Source: Victivallales bacterium (GTDB lineage: Bacteria; Verrucomicrobiota; Lentisphaeria; Victivallales; UBA1829). Taken from it: a stretch of 64,000 bases of DNA. The translations under genes and the position numbers were made by a program. The DNA is taken from NCBI GenBank assembly GCA_045592785.1, contig JAZNVL010000048.1, positions 2,317-66,316 of the forward strand, written 5' to 3'. Position 1 is the first letter of the stretch. Every line of letters begins with the position of its first letter. Below the pieces are notes generated by a model. The model worked only from the letters and a program-made list of their open reading frames with translations. It made no database searches and had not been told where the DNA came from. Of this stretch, positions 19,035 to 27,029 are shown piece after piece.

Positions 19035-20048
19035 TTACTTGTAAGCGGAAAGCATGTCTTTGAGCAGAGACTTCATCTCTTCCCGCAAGTCGGCGGGGGA
19101 GAGAAGTTCTGCATCTTTGCCCGCCGAAAGAAGAAACGGGAACAGGCGTTCTTTCGTGACTGCCGGGATCTCCACCGTGCCGTCATCGGAGAACGTCTGA
19201 CCGGTATGAAGCGGTTGTGCATTCAGTCGTTCCCGCATATACGGCGAGATCCGGATCCGGACGGGTCCGATCTTCCGGAACCCGAGAAAGTCATCCGGGT
19301 TGACCGAACGGATGATGTCCTTATCGGGCGTGAAATGCCCATTGAGCAGTTCCGCCTGCCGGATCCGCTGAATCGCAAACGTGCGGGGTGCCTGTTTCAA
19401 ACGGCAGAATCCTTTGCTGTACCAGTTGTTTTCGTAGAAGACCATGGTGTGCGGTTCAAAAATGCGTTCCGTCACTTTCCCGGCGTAATCAACGTAATGT
19501 ATGCGCACACATTTGTGATCCTGCCATCCCTCGAACATGGCAAGAAACACCCCCGGATTCAGGTCCGCATACAACCCGGACAGGATGGAGAGACTATCCA
19601 TATTCGCCGTGTCCAGAAAGTCCGGATTGTTGTTCTGAAGCAGATAATCCACAGCATTGCGGATCCGGTTCCGTAACGGCGGCGGAAAGATGGATTCCGA
19701 GATCCTGCCGCCGATCACCGCTGCAAGCATTTCATTTTCGTCCAGAAGGGCTGGCGAAATGAAATCCCAGCCGTGATGTTTCAGATAATAGCCGTTCCGC
19801 GCACGGTCAAAATCCAACGGACACTTGAATTCCGTTTTCAGGATATGCAGGTCACGCAGCACCGTCTTTTTCACACAGTCCACTTCCAGCTCTTCTTCCA
19901 CCGCCATGCGACGGAACTCTTTTACCAGACTTTCCGAGTTCGGATAACGGTTTTCTTTCAGCAATGATGCGATCCGCATCAACCGGTGAAGACGGGCTTT
20001 TTGTATCGGCATGATGAATTTCCTTCCGGTTTTGTTTTGAGTGGACAT
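19035..20048 (-). CDS. HTH + WYL-domain transcriptional regulator
   Basis: N-terminal HTH (ARLHRLMRIASLLKENRYPNSESLVKEF) and a WYL-like segment (NNWYSKGFCRLKQAPRTFAIQRIRQAELL). The start at 20048 fits the predicted promoter and an AGGAAG SD. ATG 20012 is an alternative. Confidence 0.75.
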   Translation of the reverse strand: MSTQNKTGRKFIMPIQKARLHRLMRIASLLKENRYPNSESLVKEFRRMAVEEELEVDCVKKTVLRDLHILKTEFKCPLDFDRARNGYYLKHHGWDFISPALLDENEMLAAVIGGRISESIFPPPLRNRIRNAVDYLLQNNNPDFLDTANMDSLSILSGLYADLNPGVFLAMFEGWQDHKCVRIHYVDYAGKVTERIFEPHTMVFYENNWYSKGFCRLKQAPRTFAIQRIRQAELLNGHFTPDKDIIRSVNPDDFLGFRKIGPVRIRISPYMRERLNAQPLHTGQTFSDDGTVEIPAVTKERLFPFLLSAGKDAELLSPADLREEMKSLLKDMLSAYK

Positions 20049-20067
20049 AAATTGTCTTCCTGCCTGT

Positions 20068-20096
20068 AATATAGTATCACAGAAGCAAAAAATCAA
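20068..20096 (-). promoter_or_regulatory. Predicted promoter of the WYL regulator gene
   Basis: On the minus strand: TTGATT-N17-TATATTAC. This would put the ORF-track start at 20096 upstream of the transcription start. Confidence 0.45.
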
Positions 20097-20113
20097 ACCA
20101 AGGAGTATGAAAA

Positions 20114-20242
20114 ATGTTGAAAAATCTCTGGAACAAATTCTTTCGCAATGAAACGGAACACACGCAGAACCGCATCGTTACAGGTCGAAGCATTCCCGCC
20201 ACAAGACATCACTACTTCCAGCCGGAACTGCCCCTCTGGTGA
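20114..20242 (+). CDS. Candidate 42-aa small ORF (hypothetical)
   Basis: AAGGAG (20100-05) lies 8 nt before ATG 20114. My hand translation is MLKNLWNKFFRNETEHTQNRIVTGRSIPATRHHYFQPELPLW, with the stop at 20240-42 abutting the MATE stop. It is below the ORF-track size cutoff. I see no recognisable family and no convincing promoter. Confidence 0.2.
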   Translation: MLKNLWNKFFRNETEHTQNRIVTGRSIPATRHHYFQPELPLW

Positions 20243-21631
20243 TCACCCGATCACGTCCTGCTCGATGACCTGCATCTTCGTCCACTTGCCTCCGCGGTAA
20301 CGCAGATAACACAGGGTGCCGAAGAGCATCACATATACACTGAGGCATCCCCAGAGCCACCAGACGGAAAGCCCCAGTTTCCAGAACGTGAAGCAGGGGA
20401 TCGCGAACGCACCCCAGCCCATGCAGAGTGTCAGCCACATCATGAACTTGGTATCGCCTGCGCCCCGGATGGCGTTGCTGTATACAAGCGCCATCCCGTC
20501 TCCGAAGAGATACGCCGCAATAAAGTACAGCATGATTTTTGCCAGACGCATCACTTCCAGCTGTCCCGCATCACCGGGCCGTACAAAGGGCTGCAGGACC
20601 AGTTGCGAGAATACGGTGAAGAGAAGTACCATCAGCATCATATAGATCAGCATGAGGTTCCGCGCATTCCGTACGGATCTCTTCGCATGGGGAATATCTT
20701 TCGCTCCCACACATTGTCCCACCAGGATCGCCGCCGTATTCCCGATCCCCATGATCGGACAGAATGCCACGTTATTGATCCCGAAGACAATGCTGCACGC
20801 TTCCTGTGTCGCTTCCCCGTACATCGAGATCAGGATCACGAATACGTTGAACGCTGCCAGGTCCACCAGAAGCTGCAACCCGTTCGGCGAACCGAAACGG
20901 AGCAGACGTCTGAACATATCCCAGTCCACCATGTTCCGGCAGGTGGCAAAATGCCGCCGGGAACTGGGCAGCGCAAAGAACCCGATGAGGTATACCGCCA
21001 ACCCCCCGAATGCCGCGAGGACTGTCCCCAGTGCCGCACCCGCGGTCCCCATTTCCGGACATCCCCATTTCCCGTAAATGAACGCATAATTCAACGGCAG
21101 GTTCAGCATGGTCACGAGAACGGAAACGATCAGGACCAGATTGGTCTTGCCACGGCCGCTCCAGAAACAGGAGAGTGCATGCTGCAGCAGAAATATCACC
21201 GCCCCGCACGCCAGCCAGGTGTAATAAGTGATCTCCTGTTCCGTGACCGCAGGCGTATGGTTGAAGGACCCGAACAGCATGGGCGCAAAGAACGTTGTCC
21301 CCACCATGAACGCGCCCCCCAGCAACGCAATGAAGATCCCCTGCCAGACCGCAGTCCCCACCCGTTCCGGTTTGTTCGCACCCGAATATTGAGCAACAAA
21401 GGTCCCGGAATATGCCACCAGCCCGACAAAGAAACACTGGATCGTGAAACTGGTCAGCCCGCTGGTCATGGCGGCGGCTGCGGCGGGTTGGGAATAACGG
21501 GTCAGCATCAGCCGGTCGAAGAACATATTGACGGCGTGACAGGAGTTTGCGAGGATCAGCGGCAGTGCAATCCGCAACACATCCATAATGGATCCGTTAT
21601 GGGAGAGAAAATCATTTTTGATACGTTTCAT
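20243..21631 (-). CDS. MATE-family efflux transporter
   Basis: 12-TM profile with a typical N-terminus (DVLRIALPLILANSCHAVNMFFDRLML). The start at 21631 is chosen because the predicted -10 box covers 21665-70, next to ATG 21664. Confidence 0.85.
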   Translation of the reverse strand: MKRIKNDFLSHNGSIMDVLRIALPLILANSCHAVNMFFDRLMLTRYSQPAAAAAMTSGLTSFTIQCFFVGLVAYSGTFVAQYSGANKPERVGTAVWQGIFIALLGGAFMVGTTFFAPMLFGSFNHTPAVTEQEITYYTWLACGAVIFLLQHALSCFWSGRGKTNLVLIVSVLVTMLNLPLNYAFIYGKWGCPEMGTAGAALGTVLAAFGGLAVYLIGFFALPSSRRHFATCRNMVDWDMFRRLLRFGSPNGLQLLVDLAAFNVFVILISMYGEATQEACSIVFGINNVAFCPIMGIGNTAAILVGQCVGAKDIPHAKRSVRNARNLMLIYMMLMVLLFTVFSQLVLQPFVRPGDAGQLEVMRLAKIMLYFIAAYLFGDGMALVYSNAIRGAGDTKFMMWLTLCMGWGAFAIPCFTFWKLGLSVWWLWGCLSVYVMLFGTLCYLRYRGGKWTKMQVIEQDVIG

Positions 21632-21664
21632 GGGCAGGACCTGTAATTGATTCCGAAAGCGCAT

Positions 21665-21692
21665 AATATAGCGCAGAAAACGTATTTTTCAA
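21665..21692 (-). promoter_or_regulatory. Predicted promoter of the MATE gene
   Basis: On the minus strand: TTGAAA-N16-TATATT. Confidence 0.4.
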
Positions 21693-21724
21693 GTCCTGTT
21701 TCCGAAATACGCTTCAATAATGGT

Positions 21725-21816
21725 TGAAGTGCACCCCAAAAGTTGGACACAACTTTTGAGGTGCACTTCAGAGTAAGGAGGTGAGCTGTTGCTGAACGTT
21801 GGAGTTCAGCAACAGC
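21725..21816 (-). terminator. Two long perfect or near-perfect hairpins downstream of the oxidoreductase gene; probable U-tract-less terminator or RNA-stability element
   Basis: First hairpin: 13-bp perfect stem, 21785-97 with 21804-16, 6-nt loop. Second hairpin: 21-bp stem, 21725-45 with 21750-70, GACA loop. Its single mismatch is C.A on the plus strand but G.U on the minus-strand RNA. No T-run follows either hairpin. Confidence 0.45.
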
Positions 21817-21844
21817 CTGGTGTGATCACCGTTTACAGGGTGTA

Positions 21845-22909
21845 TCAGACTTTGCAGAGTTTTCCGCCGTTGGCAGCGGATTTGTGCATCGCGATACAAG
21901 CCTGCAGGTTGCGCAGTCCGTCTTCTGCATTGATGGGTTTGCCGTCAATGATGGACTTTGCATGTTTGGAAATGATCTGCTGGTAAATATTTTCCAGCTT
22001 GCGGGGTGTGAGAGATTTCACACCCTTGGCACTTTCCAGTTCCAAACGCTGTTTGTAGGGTTCGCCATCGTGTCCGGAGAGCTGGAACATGGTTCCGAAC
22101 CCGCGGAGGACAGCGGAGTCGCCATAGATTTCAAATCCGAGATTGGAGAGGGTCCCGATGAGCCCGCCGCGCGCTTCGGAGAACGCGACTTTGAAGGAAC
22201 CGGTCTGCCCGTTCTTCAGTACGAATTTGATATATGCGCCGTCTTCGGCTTTGATGGAGAGAGTTTTGGGCAGGTAAACCGCCTGAACGCTCTGGATTTC
22301 GCTGTCGAAGATGTATTCCGCCATATAGACGCAGTGAGACGCCACGTCACCGATGGGGCCGCCCATTTCGGCGATGTTGCTGCATCTCCAGCTCGCGGCT
22401 TCTTCGGGTGAGCTTCCGTAGAGGAATTCCATGTGGAAGCAGCTGTCACCGATGGTGCCGAGTTTGCCATCGGCAACGTATTTGCGAGCCAACTGGTTGT
22501 AGCCGTTGTAGACCATCATGTGGTCCACGCTGAGGCTGCGTTTTTTCTGTTTCGCGCAGCGGATCATGGCTTTTGCATCGGCTTCGGTGGTTGCCACGGG
22601 TTTTTCCACCATGGCATGTTTACCTGCTTTCATGGCGGCGATGGCGATGGCAGCGTGAGAGGCGTTATTGGACGCCACATACACCGCATCGATTTCCGGA
22701 TCGGCAAAGATGTCATCCATGGAATCATACCACTTCAAGCCCAAAGCTTCTGCGGCTTCTTTCCGTGCCGGGTTGACATCGGTTGCGCCGGTGAGGACGG
22801 CATTTTTCAAGCCGTTGAACCGGGATTTATCGCATCCGAAACCTTCTTTTGCGATACGGTTTTCTGCGATACCGCCGAAACCGATGATCGCATATCTTAC
22901 TTTCTTCAT
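21845..22909 (-). CDS. Gfo/Idh/MocA-family NAD(P)-dependent oxidoreductase
   Basis: N-terminal Rossmann motif (VRYAIIGFGGIAENRI), the mid-region EKP motif (MVEKPVA), and a length of 354 aa. Confidence 0.85.
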   Translation of the reverse strand: MKKVRYAIIGFGGIAENRIAKEGFGCDKSRFNGLKNAVLTGATDVNPARKEAAEALGLKWYDSMDDIFADPEIDAVYVASNNASHAAIAIAAMKAGKHAMVEKPVATTEADAKAMIRCAKQKKRSLSVDHMMVYNGYNQLARKYVADGKLGTIGDSCFHMEFLYGSSPEEAASWRCSNIAEMGGPIGDVASHCVYMAEYIFDSEIQSVQAVYLPKTLSIKAEDGAYIKFVLKNGQTGSFKVAFSEARGGLIGTLSNLGFEIYGDSAVLRGFGTMFQLSGHDGEPYKQRLELESAKGVKSLTPRKLENIYQQIISKHAKSIIDGKPINAEDGLRNLQACIAMHKSAANGGKLCKV

Positions 22910-22928
22910 GACGACCTCCGGTCTCTGA

Positions 22929-24260
22929 TTACTTCTTGGCTTTGGCAGCTTTCTTTACGGGTGCGCTTTTCTTTTTTGCGCAGGCTTTCGGGGCCTTCAT
23001 GTAAGCGGCAGCGACCTTGTTGAACGCATCGATGTAAGCCTGGATGTGTTCCACTTCGTAGGTCGGGTGCGTGAAGAAGCTGATGGTACGGTCGGTGAGC
23101 CAGTTCGCCATTTTGCAGTTGAACTTGGAGTAGTCGATGTTCCGGGAGCGCGGATCGTTGAAGGGATAACCGGCAACGCCGAAGCCCTTGCGGTCGGTGT
23201 AAGCCTGTTCCTTGTACATTTCCGGCCAGAGAACGCTGTAAACAACAACGCCTTCCGCTGCCATTGCGGCGAGGAACTGCTTGGTGTCGATACCGTCTTT
23301 GAGTTTATCGGTATCCAGCACGAAGGGAGCCCACCAGTAGGAGTTCTGACGATCTTTGGTGTCCACGGGAGCATATTTGATCAGCGGGTGATCTTTGAGA
23401 GCTTTCACCAGCATCTTACCGTTGCGGACGCGGTTTTTCAGGTTCCAGTTGTCGAAGCGTTCCAGTTCGCACAGACCGATCTGGCTCTGCATTTCCGTCA
23501 TACGGAAGTTGAAGCCGACGCGGCGATGGATGTAAAGCTGTTTGCCTTCCATTTCCAGAAGGTTGAGTTTCGCCTTCACGTCGTAACCATGGTCACGGAA
23601 GGAACGGCATTCCCATGCCAGGTCATCATCGTTGGTGACGACCATACCGCCTTCACCACCGGTGGTGAAGTGTTTGCTCTGGCAGAAGCTGAAGCAGCCC
23701 ACATCGCCGATGGTACCGGCTTTTTTGCCTTTGTAAACGCCGCCGAAGCACTGTGCGCAGTCTTCCACCACATACAGATTGTGCTTTTTCGCGATCGCCA
23801 TGATGGGATCCATGTCAGCGACCATACCATACAGGTGAACGACCACGATGGCTTTGGTGCGTTCGGTGATGGCAGCTTCGATCTGTTCGGGATCCAGAAG
23901 GTGGTCGGTTCCCACGTCAACGAAGACAGGCAGTGCGCCAGCCTGCAGTGCGCAGAAGCTGGAAGCGATGAAGCTGTAGGAAGTACAGATCACTTCATCC
24001 CCGGGGCCGATGCCGAGACCGGCAAGAGCCGTGTGCAGTGCGCAGGTACCGTTGGCGACGCTGATCGCGTTGCCGATGCCCAGCCACTGTGCCCATTTCT
24101 TTTCGAATTCCATACCCACTTTACCGGTCCAGTAGTTCACTTTGCCGGATTTCAGAATGTCAACGACTTTGTCATAGACTTTGTCGTTGAAGGTGGGCCA
24201 TACCGGCCATGCGCCGGTGTAGGTCTTCTTGCCGCCGTCGATTGCGAGTTTTTCGCTCAT
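22929..24260 (-). CDS. DegT/DnrJ/EryC1/StrS-family PLP aminotransferase with a Lys-rich C-terminal tail
   Basis: Fold-type I sugar aminotransferase pattern (NGTCALHTALAGLGIGPGDEVI, VEDCAQCFGG, catalytic Lys in SFCQSKHFTTGEGG). The unusual tail is APKACAKKKSAPVKKAAKAKK. Confidence 0.85.
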   Translation of the reverse strand: MSEKLAIDGGKKTYTGAWPVWPTFNDKVYDKVVDILKSGKVNYWTGKVGMEFEKKWAQWLGIGNAISVANGTCALHTALAGLGIGPGDEVICTSYSFIASSFCALQAGALPVFVDVGTDHLLDPEQIEAAITERTKAIVVVHLYGMVADMDPIMAIAKKHNLYVVEDCAQCFGGVYKGKKAGTIGDVGCFSFCQSKHFTTGGEGGMVVTNDDDLAWECRSFRDHGYDVKAKLNLLEMEGKQLYIHRRVGFNFRMTEMQSQIGLCELERFDNWNLKNRVRNGKMLVKALKDHPLIKYAPVDTKDRQNSYWWAPFVLDTDKLKDGIDTKQFLAAMAAEGVVVYSVLWPEMYKEQAYTDRKGFGVAGYPFNDPRSRNIDYSKFNCKMANWLTDRTISFFTHPTYEVEHIQAYIDAFNKVAAAYMKAPKACAKKKSAPVKKAAKAKK

Positions 24261-24298
24261 TTTTTTTCTCCTTATAGGTTGAGGTTGTTTGGTTGGTC

Positions 24299-25345
24299 TT
24301 ACTTATTTTCCACCGGCGTGAACCGGTAATAGAACTGTTTCACCTGGGTCTTCCCTCCGCGGAGCGCATCCAGAAGCACATCCACCGCCAGACTGGCATA
24401 TTCCTCCATGTCCTGACGGAAGAGTATCACGCGGTCCGAGGGGTAACGTTCCCCCAGTTCGCTGTGCATGATCGTGGCGATCCGGGGCAGATATTTCACT
24501 TCCGGCAGCTGACGCGCGATCAATTCCGCAAGAAAACCGCTGACGATCGTATCATCGTCACTGACGATCCCGTCGGGCCGTTTCGCGGCGGGCATTGCCA
24601 ATATGGACGACGCAAGCGCGGCGCCGCCGTCATAGGAGGCTCCCACCAGTGCCGGCAGAGATGCGCTTTCCCGCGCCGCTTTCTGTTGTTCCGAGACACA
24701 GAACTGAACGATCCGGCGGCATCCGGCGTTCCGCAGAGCGTCCGCCGCATCCAGAAGGAATCGTTCCACTTCGATCAATACACTCAACGGCATACTTTCT
24801 CCGTCGGAGTCACCGAGAAAACAGCAGGGCAGGTGCATTTCTTTCAAACGGTTCTGCGCCGTTTTTGCCAGGGGACAAAGGGTGATGACACCATCGCAAT
24901 GGCGTTCCACGAGAGCCTGTTCCATGCCCGGGAATTCATCGAATCCGGGGCAGGGGGATTCCGCCGGGTCGGTATTCTGATAAAATGTCATGCAGCGACA
25001 GTTCTGCTCGGCAAGAAGTTTCTGAATGAAGCTTGCCAGCGTTGCGGCATACGCACTGCCCGCCAGACGGCGTACTGCCACGGCAACGGTTCGCCCGGTC
25101 AGATGTCCGCCATCAGGGTTCTGCACAAAGAGTCCCACTTTATCTTTCACGCAAAGCACGCCCAGTTTGCAAAGGGAATCCACGGCAGATGCGATGGTAC
25201 GGCTTCCGAACCCGAATTCGGCGCGGAGTTGAGCATACGCGGGGAGCCGATCCCCTTTTTTCAGGCGGTGATCCTGAATATAGGTGATCAGAGCTTTGCG
25301 TGCGCCATCGGCGCGGCGCGGCAAACCGGTGCCTTTGCTGACCAT
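24299..25345 (-). CDS. GntR-type HTH fused to a LacI/PBP-like sugar-binding domain (transcriptional regulator)
   Basis: The N-terminal winged HTH is GDRLPAYAQLRAEFGFGSRTIASAVDSLCKLGVL. The remaining ~270 aa look like a periplasmic-binding-protein fold (TVAVAV..., VQFCVSE...). Confidence 0.7.
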   Translation of the reverse strand: MVSKGTGLPRRADGARKALITYIQDHRLKKGDRLPAYAQLRAEFGFGSRTIASAVDSLCKLGVLCVKDKVGLFVQNPDGGHLTGRTVAVAVRRLAGSAYAATLASFIQKLLAEQNCRCMTFYQNTDPAESPCPGFDEFPGMEQALVERHCDGVITLCPLAKTAQNRLKEMHLPCCFLGDSDGESMPLSVLIEVERFLLDAADALRNAGCRRIVQFCVSEQQKAARESASLPALVGASYDGGAALASSILAMPAAKRPDGIVSDDDTIVSGFLAELIARQLPEVKYLPRIATIMHSELGERYPSDRVILFRQDMEEYASLAVDVLLDALRGGKTQVKQFYYRFTPVENK

Positions 25346-25392
25346 GAATTATCCTTTCTGCAGATGGTATCTCATTTTGAGTATACTGGCAT

Positions 25393-25421
25393 AACATAAT
25401 CCCTTTTCCATTCTTTGTCAA
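25393..25421 (-). promoter_or_regulatory. Predicted promoter of the GntR-PBP regulator/aminotransferase/oxidoreductase string
   Basis: On the minus strand: TTGACA-N17-TATGTT. Confidence 0.35.
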
Positions 25422-25513
25422 TAGCAAAAGATAAAAATTTTTGATTTTTTTCTATAAAAAAGTCTGTTATTCACTTCGATACAGGAATATTCCGATTTTT
25501 TTTGCGGAAAAAT

Positions 25514-25542
25514 TTGTAATTTTACAGTTGCGATATTATATT
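25514..25542 (+). promoter_or_regulatory. Predicted promoter of the second GH20 gene
   Basis: TTGTAA-N17-TATATT, followed by GTGAT-N13-ATCAC at about +2 to +24. Confidence 0.45.
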
Positions 25543-25580
25543 AGTGATCAAATGCTAACGTATCACGAAAGGAGTTTCTC

Positions 25581-27029
25581 ATGGAATCACTGAAAATTTT
25601 GCATATCGACATGAATTACAACACGCTGAAGCCGGAGACCATCCGCCGGATGATCGATTATGCCGCAGATTCCGGGTTCAATGCCATCCTCTGGGAACTG
25701 GAAAATAAAGTGCAGTGGACCACATGTCCCGCCGCGATCGATCCCGAAGCCATGACAAAAGAAGAATTCCGGGAAATCCTTGCCTACAGCCGTTCCCGCG
25801 GATTGGAACCCATCCCGCTTCTGCAATGTATCGGACACGGCGAATATGTGTTGAAGCATCCGGAATACGCCCACATGCGGGAACTGCCGGATCACCCGGA
25901 CTGCTACTGCGTGATGAAGAAGGAAGTCCGCGCGTTTGTGAGCAGTCTCATCGAAGAATATGTGGAGCTTTTCGGCGAGTTGAAATATTTTCATCTGGGC
26001 GGCGATGAAGCCTATGTCTTCGGACGTTGTCCGGAGTGTTCCAAACAGGAAAAGAACGCGCTGTACGGGGAATACATCCGTTTTCTTGCGGAGAAACATT
26101 TTCTGCCGCGGAATATCCGCCCCGGCATCTGGCACGATATGATCTATGCCCACCCGGAAACCGTGAAAGAAATTTCATCCGACTTCATGATCTGGTTCTG
26201 GGGTTACGGAATCGGCAACGGCGTGGAAACGGAAGATACTGCGCTGTTCGAGGGCGTCGATTTCTTCCGGGAAAACGGGTATGATGTGGTGGTCTGTCCT
26301 GCGGTCCGCAGTGCCGGTGATTCTCCGTTCTATGTCCGCTGGCAGCATGCCGGGAATGTAATGAATGCCGTGCGGAAGGCGCAACGGGATTCCCTTGCCG
26401 GCGTGTGTGTGACCAACTGGGCGATCCGGCTTGGGTGTTTCGACATGACCCTTCCGCTGTTGGAAGTCGCGCCCCGTTTGTGGCGGGATCCGGCGGGAGA
26501 TGCCTCTGCTATTCTCCGCGGGATCCGGGAGGAATATTACGGGATCGCCGACGCGGATCTTCTGCAGAAAGTCCTGTTCTGGCCCAATGGATATATGATC
26601 CTGACTTCGATCCAATGGAACGGGTGGAAAGACGGTACGTTCCCGCCGGAAGGATTTTTCCGTGACAAACGGCAATGGATCCTGGATAAAGCCGATGGCG
26701 GCGATGCGATGAAATATCTGCCGCAATGGGCGGAGGATCTGCGGAAAAATGAGGCGGAATATGCCGGAATGATCCAGCCGGATACCCCGTTCCGTGAAGC
26801 GCTCTGTGCGATGCTTTCCCTGCGGAACCGTTTTGTTTATACTCTGTACGAAGGGTGTTTCGGGGAGTCCCCGGACTTTGCAAAACTGGCGGTCGAATTG
26901 GAAGAGATCCGCAAGGAATGTGAAGCATTGTACCTGCGTGACCAGATGCCTGCGAGTGCGGCACACAATGCGGAACTGTTGGTCCAGCCGCTGAAAGAAT
27001 ATTGCGCGTCACATTTTCCGCAGTGTTGA
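25581..27029 (+). CDS. GH20-family hexosaminidase-like protein (catalytic domain only), no signal peptide
   Basis: TIM-barrel pattern with the GH20 signature HLGGDEAY. AAAGGAG lies upstream of the ATG. Confidence 0.75.
   Translation: MESLKILHIDMNYNTLKPETIRRMIDYAADSGFNAILWELENKVQWTTCPAAIDPEAMTKEEFREILAYSRSRGLEPIPLLQCIGHGEYVLKHPEYAHMRELPDHPDCYCVMKKEVRAFVSSLIEEYVELFGELKYFHLGGDEAYVFGRCPECSKQEKNALYGEYIRFLAEKHFLPRNIRPGIWHDMIYAHPETVKEISSDFMIWFWGYGIGNGVETEDTALFEGVDFFRENGYDVVVCPAVRSAGDSPFYVRWQHAGNVMNAVRKAQRDSLAGVCVTNWAIRLGCFDMTLPLLEVAPRLWRDPAGDASAILRGIREEYYGIADADLLQKVLFWPNGYMILTSIQWNGWKDGTFPPEGFFRDKRQWILDKADGGDAMKYLPQWAEDLRKNEAEYAGMIQPDTPFREALCAMLSLRNRFVYTLYEGCFGESPDFAKLAVELEEIRKECEALYLRDQMPASAAHNAELLVQPLKEYCASHFPQC

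Noticed and set aside
21789-21986. A 65-aa ORF starting at a TTG 7 nt after a perfect AAGGAGG.
   Set aside because: 142 nt of it run antisense through the 3' end of the Gfo/Idh/MocA gene. The peptide has no features. The SD-like sequence is better explained as part of the structured 3'-UTR element, which I report as a finding.
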